A DNA stretch of 53,365 nucleotides from Minisyncoccota bacterium (lineage in GTDB: Bacteria; Patescibacteriota; Minisyncoccia; Phycocordibacterales; UBA2100): NCBI GenBank assembly GCA_036517335.1, contig DATDWX010000020.1:1-53365 (forward strand). The letters are read 5' to 3'. The notes under the pieces were generated by a model, which worked only from the letters and a program-made list of their open reading frames with translations, had not been told where the DNA came from and made no database searches. The position numbers and the translations under genes are program-made. Shown here in pieces: positions 8,848-16,934 of this stretch (its first letter is position 1; each line of letters begins with the position of its first letter).

Positions 8848-9009
8848 GCCGATGTACTCGTCTGTAGTAGCCTATAATAGGGACGTGGCTATCCATTCTG
8901 AAAAAAAGTTGGGAGAAGCACGTGAATCCATTGAACGGACGGTTATTTTGTACGATAGGGACAAATCCTTACCGCACACTGAGCCGCGCGCGACCGACTC
9001 GCCGACGCT

Positions 9010-11718
9010 ATGACATCTTCCTGGCACGATAGAGATATACCAGCGGTCTTTGGGGTGCTGCGCTCCAACGATGGGGGACTCAGTGCAAGTGAAGCCCTTC
9101 GGCGGCTCAAAGAAGACGGACCAAACGCGCTGCCCGAAGCGAAGCCTGACGGCCTGTGGCTTATTTTTCTGCGCCAGTTTCAGAGTCCGCTCATTTATAT
9201 CCTTCTTGCTGCAAGTGGGGCGGTATTTCTTCTGGGCGAGGTCGTCGATGGAGCAATTATCCTCTTCGTACTCATCTTTAACGCCGCTGTCGGTACCGTG
9301 CAGGAGGGCAGGGCGCAGAATACGCTCCTTGCACTTAAGAAGTTTACAGAGACGACGGCGACCGCCGTGCGAGATGGACATGAGGTCATCGTACCTGACC
9401 GCGAGATCGTGCGTGGCGACATACTTATCGTGCTGGAAGGCGAGAAGATCCCCGCTGACGCTCGGATCATCGCTGCGAGTGGCCTGAAGATAGATGAGGC
9501 GTCACTCACGGGGGAGTCAGAGCCGGTCGGCAAGATGGCAGAGTCAATACCTACAGAAACTCTTCCAACGTCCGAGCAGCGCAACATGCTTTTCAAAGGC
9601 ACTATTATCGTTGCCGGCAGCGGCAAGGCAGTAGTGGTAGAGACCGGAGTGGGCACTGTCATCGGCAAAATCGCCGCAGAAATATCAGCGATCGATTCCG
9701 AGATCCCGCTAAAAACAAATATGCGCTACCTCTCACGCGCCATTATCGTCGCAGTGGCTGGAATAAGCACCCTCCTTTTTGTGCTCGGACTGTATAGAGG
9801 TGAGGATCTGGTAACGATCTTTGCTACGGTTGTCTCGCTCTCGGTCTCAATTATCCCCGAAGGGCTCCCTATAGTTATCACGCTTGTCCTTGCAACCGGC
9901 GTATGGCGCATGTCTAAGCGGAACGCGCTCGTAAAAAAGTTGCAGGCAGTCGAAGCCCTGGGCCAGGCGCAGGTCATAGCGGTAGACAAGACAGGTACAA
10001 TCACCAAGAACGAGCTCGTCATCCGCGAAGTTTGGACAGAGGGAAGAGTGTTCAAAATTGGCGGTGTTGGCTTTGAGCCCAAAGGTTCGGTCGAACTCGG
10101 CGGTGTAATCGTTGATGCTGCAAATCATCCGGAGCTTCTTCTGGCCGGCAAGATGGCAGCTTTTAGTACGCATGCCCACGTCTCATACTCAGAGATTGAA
10201 GGACGCTGGCGGGTTGCAGGCGACCCGACAGAGGCGGCGATAGGCATCTTTGGAGAGAAGGTCGGCTTTAAAAAGGATGACCTGGTACAAGAGTCTCCGC
10301 TTGTTGCAGAGATACCGTTCGACTATAGGCTCAAATTCCAGGCAACGTCACATCTCGTGGATGGAAAGAATTTTTTAGTCGTCGAGGGTGCGCCGGAAGT
10401 CGTGCTTGCGTTTTGTAACCATATATACCGCGATGGCGAGAGCCGCCCCCTGAGGAAAAAAGATGTTGAGGAACTCGAGGCGGTCATTGCAGAAATGTCC
10501 GAGCGAGGTTTGCGCGTCGTAGCGGGTGCCATGCGGGAGAGTGCCCCGTCTGGCCTAACGCACGAATCCGTAACGGGCCTCACGTTCGTACATTTGTTTG
10601 GTATGCAGGATATCTTGCGCCCGGAGGTTGCCGAGGCGATGGAGCGTGCAACAGCCGCTGGTATCAAAGTCGTCATGATCACCGGCGATCATAAGATCAC
10701 CGCCCATGCCATTGCCAGGGAGGCGGGTATTTGGAAAGAGGGCGACAAGGTACTTTCAGGAGCGGAAGTGGACGGCATGTCCGACACCGAGCTTGCGGCC
10801 CGACTTTCTGACGTGTCCGTTTTTGCGCGAATGACACCCGAGCATAAGCTTCGCATCATTCAGGCGTACAAGGGGCGCAAGGAGATCGTTGCCATGACTG
10901 GCGACGGCGTAAACGACGCACCCCCCTTGGTTGCTGCGGACCTGGGCGTTGCTATGGGGAAAATCGGTACCGAGGTAGCCAAGGAAGCGGCCGACATCGT
11001 GCTCCTCGACGACAATTTTGGCAGCATCGTCTCCGCGATAGAGGAAGGGCGGAGCATCTACAAGACGATCAAGAAGGTCATTCTGTACCTCTTCTCGACC
11101 AGTCTCGGCGAGGTACTGGTCATTATTGTCGCCCTCTTGCTCGGGTACCCGCTCCCCATCCTTGCGGCGCAGATCATCTGGCTGAACTTCATTACCGACG
11201 GCTTTCTTGATGTTTCGCTCGCCATGGAGCCAAAGGAGGATGGTTTGCTGAGAGGCACATTCGAGCGGCCGAACAAATATATCGTCGACGGCCTCATGGT
11301 GCGGCGCATGGTGGTCATGGCGTTGCCGATGATGTTTGGGACACTCTTCATGTTCCAGGGATACTTCGAGTCCGATCTGGCGAAGGCGTGGACGATATCG
11401 CTCACGACACTCGCGGTGTTTCAGTGGTTCAATGCATGGAACTGCCGCTCAGAGAGTGAGTCGGTATTCCAAATGAACCCTCTCTCCAATATGTGGCTCC
11501 TTGGGGCAACGGCGATCGTCATAACACTTCAATTTCTCGCGGTGTATCACCCGCTTCTTCAGTCGATACTCCGTACTGTACCCCTTTCGCTTGCGGAGTG
11601 GCTCATGGTCATTCCGATTGCTGCATCAATCGTGGTGGTGGAAGAGGTTCGCAAGTTCTTCTACCGCAGAAAAAAAGACCGAGTGACAACAATTGTTCCG
11701 GCCTCAGCTTCGCTCTAG
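9010..11718 (+). CDS. P-type cation-transporting ATPase (type II, Ca2+/cation-pump-like)
   Basis: Motifs TGES, phosphorylation site DKTGTITKN, PEGLP, MITGDH, TGDGVNDAPPL. 902 aa with about 10 TM segments. Confidence 0.9.
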   Translation: MTSSWHDRDIPAVFGVLRSNDGGLSASEALRRLKEDGPNALPEAKPDGLWLIFLRQFQSPLIYILLAASGAVFLLGEVVDGAIILFVLIFNAAVGTVQEGRAQNTLLALKKFTETTATAVRDGHEVIVPDREIVRGDILIVLEGEKIPADARIIAASGLKIDEASLTGESEPVGKMAESIPTETLPTSEQRNMLFKGTIIVAGSGKAVVVETGVGTVIGKIAAEISAIDSEIPLKTNMRYLSRAIIVAVAGISTLLFVLGLYRGEDLVTIFATVVSLSVSIIPEGLPIVITLVLATGVWRMSKRNALVKKLQAVEALGQAQVIAVDKTGTITKNELVIREVWTEGRVFKIGGVGFEPKGSVELGGVIVDAANHPELLLAGKMAAFSTHAHVSYSEIEGRWRVAGDPTEAAIGIFGEKVGFKKDDLVQESPLVAEIPFDYRLKFQATSHLVDGKNFLVVEGAPEVVLAFCNHIYRDGESRPLRKKDVEELEAVIAEMSERGLRVVAGAMRESAPSGLTHESVTGLTFVHLFGMQDILRPEVAEAMERATAAGIKVVMITGDHKITAHAIAREAGIWKEGDKVLSGAEVDGMSDTELAARLSDVSVFARMTPEHKLRIIQAYKGRKEIVAMTGDGVNDAPPLVAADLGVAMGKIGTEVAKEAADIVLLDDNFGSIVSAIEEGRSIYKTIKKVILYLFSTSLGEVLVIIVALLLGYPLPILAAQIIWLNFITDGFLDVSLAMEPKEDGLLRGTFERPNKYIVDGLMVRRMVVMALPMMFGTLFMFQGYFESDLAKAWTISLTTLAVFQWFNAWNCRSESESVFQMNPLSNMWLLGATAIVITLQFLAVYHPLLQSILRTVPLSLAEWLMVIPIAASIVVVEEVRKFFYRRKKDRVTTIVPASASL

Positions 11719-11728
11719 TAAGAAAGAG

Positions 11729-11756
11729 TTGAGCTAGGTTATCGCGCTCGAGTCGC
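11729..11756 (+). repeat. 28-nt direct repeat, copy 2 (between the ATPase and otsA)
   Basis: TTGAGCTAGGTTATCGCGCTCGAGTCGC, 2909 bp downstream of copy 1. Confidence 0.9.
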
Positions 11757-11762
11757 TCTCTA

Positions 11763-11789
11763 TGGGGTCAAATCCCCACATGTTTATTT
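11763..11789 (+). terminator. Weak terminator-like hairpin after the ATPase
   Basis: TGGGG-TCAAAT-CCCCA followed by CATGTTTATTT. Confidence 0.35.
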
Positions 11790-11792
11790 GGT

Positions 11793-11821
11793 TTGAGTTG
11801 AACTACAGATACAGGTATCAT
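11793..11821 (+). promoter_or_regulatory. Putative sigma70-like promoter giving a leaderless otsA mRNA
   Basis: TTGAGT, 17 nt, TATCAT, then 7 nt to ATG 11829. No SD. Confidence 0.45.
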
Positions 11822-11828
11822 CTATCGA

Positions 11829-14036
11829 ATGCGGCAGATACTCCTTGTAATAGGCGCCCTTATACTCATGGTGAGCCTCGTTGTGGGGTTTTCTGTACTA
11901 AGCCAGGCAAATCGGGAGCAGGTTGAGCTTACTGCCCGTCTGCAATCACGCAGCCAAGTCTTGGCCGATTCTCTCGCAGAAAGTATCGGTTCTTCATACA
12001 ATGCCCGCGCTACGAGCTCGACACAGCGCATCATAGACAAATTCGTGAGTAACGAACGCCTTGCGGGTCTCGGCGTTTTTAATAACTCCGGATTGATCGT
12101 TGCCACTTCCAAAGACCTCCCGCTTATGGATGATACTGCGTTCATTACCGGCGTGATGGACAGCGACGAATCGCAGGGTGATTTCGTGCGCAAAGACGGA
12201 GAAGTGTATTACGTACAAGTAACCCCGCTTCACGATGATAACGAACGAGTCATCGGAGCCCTCGCGGTCGCGCAAAATGCAACGTACATAGATAATGGTA
12301 TTCGCGACATCTGGCAGCGCAATCTGATACGATTTTTCTCGCTCATCCTTATTTTTGCTGGCACCATCTTTATTTTGGTACGGTGGGTCTTTTTCCGTTC
12401 GATATCAAAGCTGGTCGAATCACTGCAAGCGGCCCGCAAAGGTGATTCCGATGGCATGGTACCGAGCGCTGGCTTCCTTGCGCCGCTTGCAGGGGAAATA
12501 TCAAAAGTAACGACCAGTCTGCGTCAAGCGCGTCTCGCGGCGAGCGAAGAGGCGCGTATGCGGCTCGAAAAGATAGATTCGCCTTGGACGGCCGAACGGC
12601 TTCGCGAATTCATCAAGGCCTATCTCAAAGACAGGCCGATATTCGTCGTTTCAAATGCCGAACCGTATATGAATACCCGAACAAAGAACACCATCGAATG
12701 GAACGTCCCGGCGGGCGGCGTCATCACTGCTATAGAGCCGGTGATGGAGGCTTGCGGCGGCATGTGGATAGCCAATGGCTCAGGGCCAGCCGACAGGGAC
12801 ACTGCCGACGCCGAAGGCAAGGTGCGTGTCCCGCACGACGAGCCGAGATACACGCTCAAGCGCGTGTGGCTTTCCGAGGAGGAGACTCGCGGCTACTACA
12901 ATGGATTCTCCAACGAAGCCCTGTGGCCGCTCTGTCACATGGCGCACGTCCGCCCGGAGTTCCGCAAAGAGGATTGGGCTGAGTATCGCAAAGTCAACGC
13001 ATTGTTTGCGAAATCGCTGCTCGACGAGATACGTCGCGTCGAACGGCCGATCGTCTTGGTGCAGGACTATCACCTCGCGCTCGTTCCCGCGCTCATAAAG
13101 AAAAGCAGGCCCGACGCGCAAGTGGCGATATTCTGGCATATTCCGTGGCCGTCAGCCGCGCAATTCAGTATTTGTCCGTGGCGCGTCGAGCTGCTCGAAG
13201 GGATGCTCGGCGCCGACCTTATTGGCTTTCACACACAGCAGTACGGTAACAATTTCATGGACACCGTAGCAAGTGAAATAGAATCGCGCATTGATTACGA
13301 GCACTTCTCCGTGTTCCGCGAAGACCATCAGACCTTCGTGAAGCCATTCCCTATTTCGATCGCCTTCCCGGGAAGTGCCGAACGGCTTGAGAAACCCGAC
13401 CAGAGCGTCCTGGATCGGCTCAACATCCGCACACCGCATGTGGTGCTGGGCGTTGATCGCTTCGACTACACCAAGGGCATCCCGGAGCGCCTGCGCGGTA
13501 TCGAATTTCTTCTGGATATGCATCCCGAATATCGGGGCCAGCTTACGATGCTGCAGATAGCATCACCCACCCGCGAGTCGCTGGGCTCCTACGCGCGCTA
13601 CCGCGAGCTGGTGCGAGGCGAAGTGGCGCGTATAAACGAAAAATTCGCCACGCGTGATTGGGTGCCGATCGTGCTTGAAGAACGCAGCTATTCCCACGCA
13701 GAATTGCGGCAGCTGTATCAGGTGGCCAACATCTGCGTAGTCACCTCGCTGCACGACGGCATGAATTTGGTCGCCAAGGAATTTGCCGCAGCGCGCCACG
13801 ATGAAGCGGGAGTGCTGGTGCTGAGCCACTTCACAGGCGCATCGCGCGACCTAAAAGGCGCACTCCTTATCAATCCCTACAGCGCCGAGGAAACAGCGGC
13901 AGCCCTGCAGACCGCCCTCACCATGCCGAAAACCGAACAGCACCGCCGCATGAAGGTGATGCGCGCATCGGTGCGCGATTACAATATTTATCGCTGGTCG
14001 GCGGAGATCATAAAGGCGCTTTCACAACTGGAGTAG
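11829..14036 (+). CDS. otsA: Trehalose-6-phosphate synthase (GT20) fused to an N-terminal TM / extracytoplasmic / TM / HAMP-like module
   Basis: From residue ~270: FVVSNAEPY, YYNGFSNEALWPLCH, VLVQDYHLALVP, IFWHIPWPS, LIGFHT, GVDRFDYTKGI, VVTSLHDGMNLVAKEF. N-terminal part: TM ILLVIGALILMVSLVVGFSVL, a ~140-aa loop, TM FFSLILIFAGTIFILVRWVFF, then ISKLVESLQAARKGD...LAGEISKVTTSLRQARL. Confidence 0.85.
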   Translation: MRQILLVIGALILMVSLVVGFSVLSQANREQVELTARLQSRSQVLADSLAESIGSSYNARATSSTQRIIDKFVSNERLAGLGVFNNSGLIVATSKDLPLMDDTAFITGVMDSDESQGDFVRKDGEVYYVQVTPLHDDNERVIGALAVAQNATYIDNGIRDIWQRNLIRFFSLILIFAGTIFILVRWVFFRSISKLVESLQAARKGDSDGMVPSAGFLAPLAGEISKVTTSLRQARLAASEEARMRLEKIDSPWTAERLREFIKAYLKDRPIFVVSNAEPYMNTRTKNTIEWNVPAGGVITAIEPVMEACGGMWIANGSGPADRDTADAEGKVRVPHDEPRYTLKRVWLSEEETRGYYNGFSNEALWPLCHMAHVRPEFRKEDWAEYRKVNALFAKSLLDEIRRVERPIVLVQDYHLALVPALIKKSRPDAQVAIFWHIPWPSAAQFSICPWRVELLEGMLGADLIGFHTQQYGNNFMDTVASEIESRIDYEHFSVFREDHQTFVKPFPISIAFPGSAERLEKPDQSVLDRLNIRTPHVVLGVDRFDYTKGIPERLRGIEFLLDMHPEYRGQLTMLQIASPTRESLGSYARYRELVRGEVARINEKFATRDWVPIVLEERSYSHAELRQLYQVANICVVTSLHDGMNLVAKEFAAARHDEAGVLVLSHFTGASRDLKGALLINPYSAEETAAALQTALTMPKTEQHRRMKVMRASVRDYNIYRWSAEIIKALSQLE

Positions 14037-14037
14037 T

Positions 14038-14799
14038 ATGAAAAACGCGCTCCGGCACCTTCCTCATCTTCTCCCGCGGATCCGCAAGAATGGATTCCTT
14101 CTCATGCTTGATTTCGACGGCATCCTTGCACCCATTGTGGTGCACCCAGAGCGCGCACGCATGTCGGCCCGTACGCGCCGACTCCTAGCAGCATGCGCAC
14201 GGCGCGGGCGCGTTGCGGTCATCTCCGGACGTGCGCTCGCGGATGTGCGCTCGCGCGTCTCCCTTCGCAGGATCTGGTACGCAGGCAATCATGGCGCCGA
14301 ATGGGCGATGGGGGCCGCGCGTGGCCAAGCGCGGCCGTCGCGCGCTACTGCCGCCCAGCTGCGCGATGCCAAGCGCGCGTTCACCGAGCTCGTCCAACGC
14401 TACCCAGGCGCCGTGGTGGAAGACAAAAAAATTACCTTCAGCGTGCACTTCCGTGGGCTTGCTCGCACACGCATTCCGCGATTCAAAAAAGATGCCGTAC
14501 GCCTCGCGCGCGCATTCATACGCCTGCTCGACATTGCCGAGGGCAGCGAATATATTTTCAACGTACGTGGACGCTCCGGTCGCACCAAGGGCAGCGCGGT
14601 GCATCTCGCACGCCAGGCGGCCCCGCGGCGCATGGTGGCGATATACGTTGGCGACGACACAACGGATGAGGACGCCTTCAGAGCGCTTCCTCACGGTATA
14701 ACGATAAGGGTGGGCAAACGAGCGAAAAGCTCAGCGCGCTTTTGCATCCGCAACCGCTCCGAGGTTGATTCCATTCTCGCCGTTCTCGCCGCGATCTGA
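14038..14799 (+). CDS. otsB: Trehalose-6-phosphate phosphatase (HAD family)
   Basis: HAD motif I LMLDFDGILAP and motif IV VGDDTTDEDAF. Starts 1 nt after the otsA stop. Confidence 0.7.
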   Translation: MKNALRHLPHLLPRIRKNGFLLMLDFDGILAPIVVHPERARMSARTRRLLAACARRGRVAVISGRALADVRSRVSLRRIWYAGNHGAEWAMGAARGQARPSRATAAQLRDAKRAFTELVQRYPGAVVEDKKITFSVHFRGLARTRIPRFKKDAVRLARAFIRLLDIAEGSEYIFNVRGRSGRTKGSAVHLARQAAPRRMVAIYVGDDTTDEDAFRALPHGITIRVGKRAKSSARFCIRNRSEVDSILAVLAAI

Positions 14800-14804
14800 A
14801 GCGC

Positions 14805-16007
14805 TCATGCCTCATTCATATCAAGCACCAAGGCGCCCCAAGTGAATCCCCGCGCGCCCTGTCCTTCGCCCGTATCCGGATTGAAGCACTCTCTAAAGCC
14901 GGAGCGCCGTAGCAATGCGAGACTTTTTTCTCGAATGTCGGCCGCTTCTGCCTTACGTCCATATCGCAAAAGGCCGCGATAGATAAACCAATGCACCGCC
15001 ATCCACGCAGGACCGCGCCACGAAAACCCGTCAGCGTACCCATCGGCGCGATACGCTTCTTCTCGTTTTGATACCGTCCGTATACCAAACGTACCATAAA
15101 ATGTATCAGGGTTGAGCAAGTGTGTACGCACCACGCGGTCTGCCTCCTCTTCGGAATATAGGCCAGCGAACATAGGCGCGAAATGGGCCCACGTAGCGAT
15201 TTTGAGTTTTGTGTAATCTAAGCCAGAGGCCGACCAATATACACCGTCTTCAAACAATCTCTCGCGCATGGCGTCGGCGATCAGATCGGCATGCAGATTG
15301 GCAAAGCGCTCTCCATCGCCGTGCTTGAGTAGTGATGCGATGTGGGCGAGCGCGCGCAAATTTTCCACAAGTATCGAATTGAAAGGTACATCCTTCACCC
15401 AAAAGTAGTCGCGCATACAGAGCTCCGCGTCGAATTTGCATGCGGTATTTTCGCCGATGAGTTTCTCGCGAAGCGCGAGGTGCTCTTTGTACGTGATGTC
15501 AGGGGCGGCCGACATTGGCCCATCGAATCGCGATGAATTATCCTCGCCGGATTCGTCGGGGTTGACAATGCCGATCAGATGATGATCTTGGGGATCCCTT
15601 TTTTCGATAAGAAATCGATAGTATGCGAGAAGCGCAAGGTAGATAGATTCGAGAAACGCGACATCGGGATTGCGGCGGTGTATTTCCCACGCCGCATAAG
15701 CGGGCATCGGCGGCTGTGTAAGCGAACTCGTGCCCTCCACCCCCCAATCAAAGAGATGCAAAATGCCCGGTTTCCAATAGATGATGTGTGGCACCATGCC
15801 GCTTGGCAATTGGCGCGAAAGTATTGAGCGCAATTCTTCACGAGCCGCCTCCGGATCGAATTGCGCCAAAATAATAGCGTGGAAGCACGAGTCCCACAGC
15901 CACTGGTAGGGGTAATGCTCTTCTGAAGGGACTGTGTATTGGTGCCCGTCAGTGATCCGACGGTTCTGCTCCAACAATTTTTTTGCCTGCGTGAAAATGT
16001 CCACCAA
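14805..16007 (-). CDS. (alpha/alpha)6-barrel glycoside hydrolase, GH63/MGH1-like (candidate compatible-solute or trehalose hydrolase)
   Basis: YPYQWLWDSCFHAIIL, FSWRGPAWMAVHWFIYRGL and CFNPDTGEG resemble mannosylglycerate/glucosylglycerate-hydrolase-type GH63 enzymes. Convergent with otsB, with a 5-nt gap. Confidence 0.55.
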   Translation of the reverse strand: MVDIFTQAKKLLEQNRRITDGHQYTVPSEEHYPYQWLWDSCFHAIILAQFDPEAAREELRSILSRQLPSGMVPHIIYWKPGILHLFDWGVEGTSSLTQPPMPAYAAWEIHRRNPDVAFLESIYLALLAYYRFLIEKRDPQDHHLIGIVNPDESGEDNSSRFDGPMSAAPDITYKEHLALREKLIGENTACKFDAELCMRDYFWVKDVPFNSILVENLRALAHIASLLKHGDGERFANLHADLIADAMRERLFEDGVYWSASGLDYTKLKIATWAHFAPMFAGLYSEEEADRVVRTHLLNPDTFYGTFGIRTVSKREEAYRADGYADGFSWRGPAWMAVHWFIYRGLLRYGRKAEAADIREKSLALLRRSGFRECFNPDTGEGQGARGFTWGALVLDMNEA

Positions 16008-16025
16008 TCGAGTATACCAAAGCGG

Positions 16026-16451
16026 TTACTCTTTGTGCTTACGCTCCCTCGCTCGCACCTCCCCCTCATCCATCCCAAAATGATGCGCGAATTCGTGCCA
16101 GATGGTTTCGGCAACGACCTCTTTGACTACTTCTTTAAATATACGGGTTTCGTAAACCCGTAATATGTCCCGGGCTTCTTCTTCAATCGGAATTTGGTAG
16201 AGTGTGATGGTGTCGGGCAGAGTCATGCCCACTCCGTAATTCTCTCCACGTGCCGCGAGCGGAATACCGTGATAGAGACCAAGCAATGTCTCATCGTCAG
16301 CCAATCCCTCTTGCCTCCGCACCTCATCCGACGGCTCATCATCAATAAGTACAGCAACATTCGTAATCTTCTCCCGCACCCAAAGCGGCAGCCGCTCAAA
16401 ACTTTCTTCGACTAGTTTTTCAAATTCACTTCGAGTCATACGCCATTTCAT
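16026..16451 (-). CDS. Zincin-like metallopeptidase family protein (PF06262-like)
   Basis: HExxH in ETIWHEFAHHFGMDE. ~140 aa. Start taken at MKWRMTRSEF (alternative ATG at 16439). Confidence 0.6.
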   Translation of the reverse strand: MKWRMTRSEFEKLVEESFERLPLWVREKITNVAVLIDDEPSDEVRRQEGLADDETLLGLYHGIPLAARGENYGVGMTLPDTITLYQIPIEEEARDILRVYETRIFKEVVKEVVAETIWHEFAHHFGMDEGEVRARERKHKE

Positions 16452-16475
16452 AAAAGAGGGCGTGATTACGCCCTC
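16450..16475 (-). terminator. Strong minus-strand hairpin plus T-tract abutting the peptidase start codon
   Basis: Minus strand reads GAGGGCGT-AATC-ACGCCCTC-TTTTATG. It could terminate the upstream 40-codon ORF or act as a 5' structure of the peptidase mRNA. Confidence 0.6.
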
Positions 16476-16493
16476 ATAGGATTGCAAGCCAGA

Positions 16494-16616
16494 TTAGTCC
16501 GATGCTTGCTCGCGCCCGTTCGCCTCATTGGGCGTATTTATGATTATGCTCGTCGGCACTTCCCCCTTCGCTAAAGGGAAAGACGAGGGAGCGTGAGTGC
16601 ATTTTAATACATTCAT
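16494..16616 (-). CDS. Candidate 40-aa ORF in the unassigned spacer
   Basis: MNVLKCTHAPSSFPLAKGEVPTSIIINTPNEANGREQASD. GGGGAG lies ~13 nt upstream and the hairpin terminator lies 18 nt downstream. Confidence 0.25.
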   Translation of the reverse strand: MNVLKCTHAPSSFPLAKGEVPTSIIINTPNEANGREQASD

Positions 16617-16868
16617 ACTGTTTTACAAGCTCCCCTTGAGGCATACAAAAAAGCAATTAAGCCTTTATAGAGGCCCTCAAGTCGCGTTCATTCAAACAGG
16701 GTATAACCCACCACGGTTCTAGCTCAAGTCGGCCAGCAACCGAGCGTCGAGCGACATTGTTTTCTTACGAGCGAAGCGAATTAGAAAACAAGAAGTACCC
16801 ATGTGGTGCGAGGGCGTATGGTCTATGACTACGGGCTGAATCTAGTAGGCCGAATGTGTCCGAATAAA

Positions 16869-16898
16869 ACTCGCGTCGGAATCCCGAGTGGATTTTTT
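16869..16898 (+). promoter_or_regulatory. Weak terminator/attenuator-like hairpin plus T6 upstream of the ABC-F gene
   Basis: Either ACTCG...CGAGT or AATCC-CGAGT-GGATT, followed by TTTTTT. Lies 37 nt before ATG 16935. Confidence 0.3.
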
Positions 16899-16900
16899 AT

Positions 16901-16928
16901 TTGCAAATGGTCCAACATACTGTACGTT
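16901..16928 (+). promoter_or_regulatory. Putative promoter for a leaderless ABC-F mRNA
   Basis: TTGCAA, 16 nt, TACGTT, then 6 nt to the ATG. No SD. Confidence 0.35.
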
Positions 16929-16934
16929 CTTGCA

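Noticed and set aside
8700-9009. A metal riboswitch (yybP-ykoY or M-box) in the 310-nt ATPase leader.
   Set aside because: Only vague resemblance (TTGGGAGAAGC versus GGGGAGUAGC). The other conserved blocks are not visible. An Rfam scan is needed before any claim.
8771-9013. 80-aa ORF upstream of the ATPase.
   Set aside because: It has a TTG start, reads through the 28-nt repeat, and shows no SD or motif. It was treated as leader sequence.
8820-11790. The 28-nt repeat as a tRNA fragment. CGCG-CTCGAGT-CGCG looks like an anticodon arm with anticodon CGA, and a GGGG-TCAAAT-CCCC T-arm-like hairpin lies nearby.
   Set aside because: No acceptor stem can be drawn, the T-like loop has 6 nt rather than 7 without the TTC core, and the variable region is wrong for tRNA-Ser. 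It was kept only as a direct repeat.
16490-16930. Possible tmRNA, RNase P RNA or SRP RNA in the long spacer (GGATTCCGACG-like and CGCCCTCGCACCA-like strings on the minus strand).
   Set aside because: The diagnostic cores are absent on both strands. There is no GGTTCGA/GGTTCAA T-arm with a matching acceptor stem, no GAGGAAAGTCC, and no GGAAGCAGCC-type SRP domain IV. The ACCA-like string would place a tmRNA body inside the ABC-F coding region.
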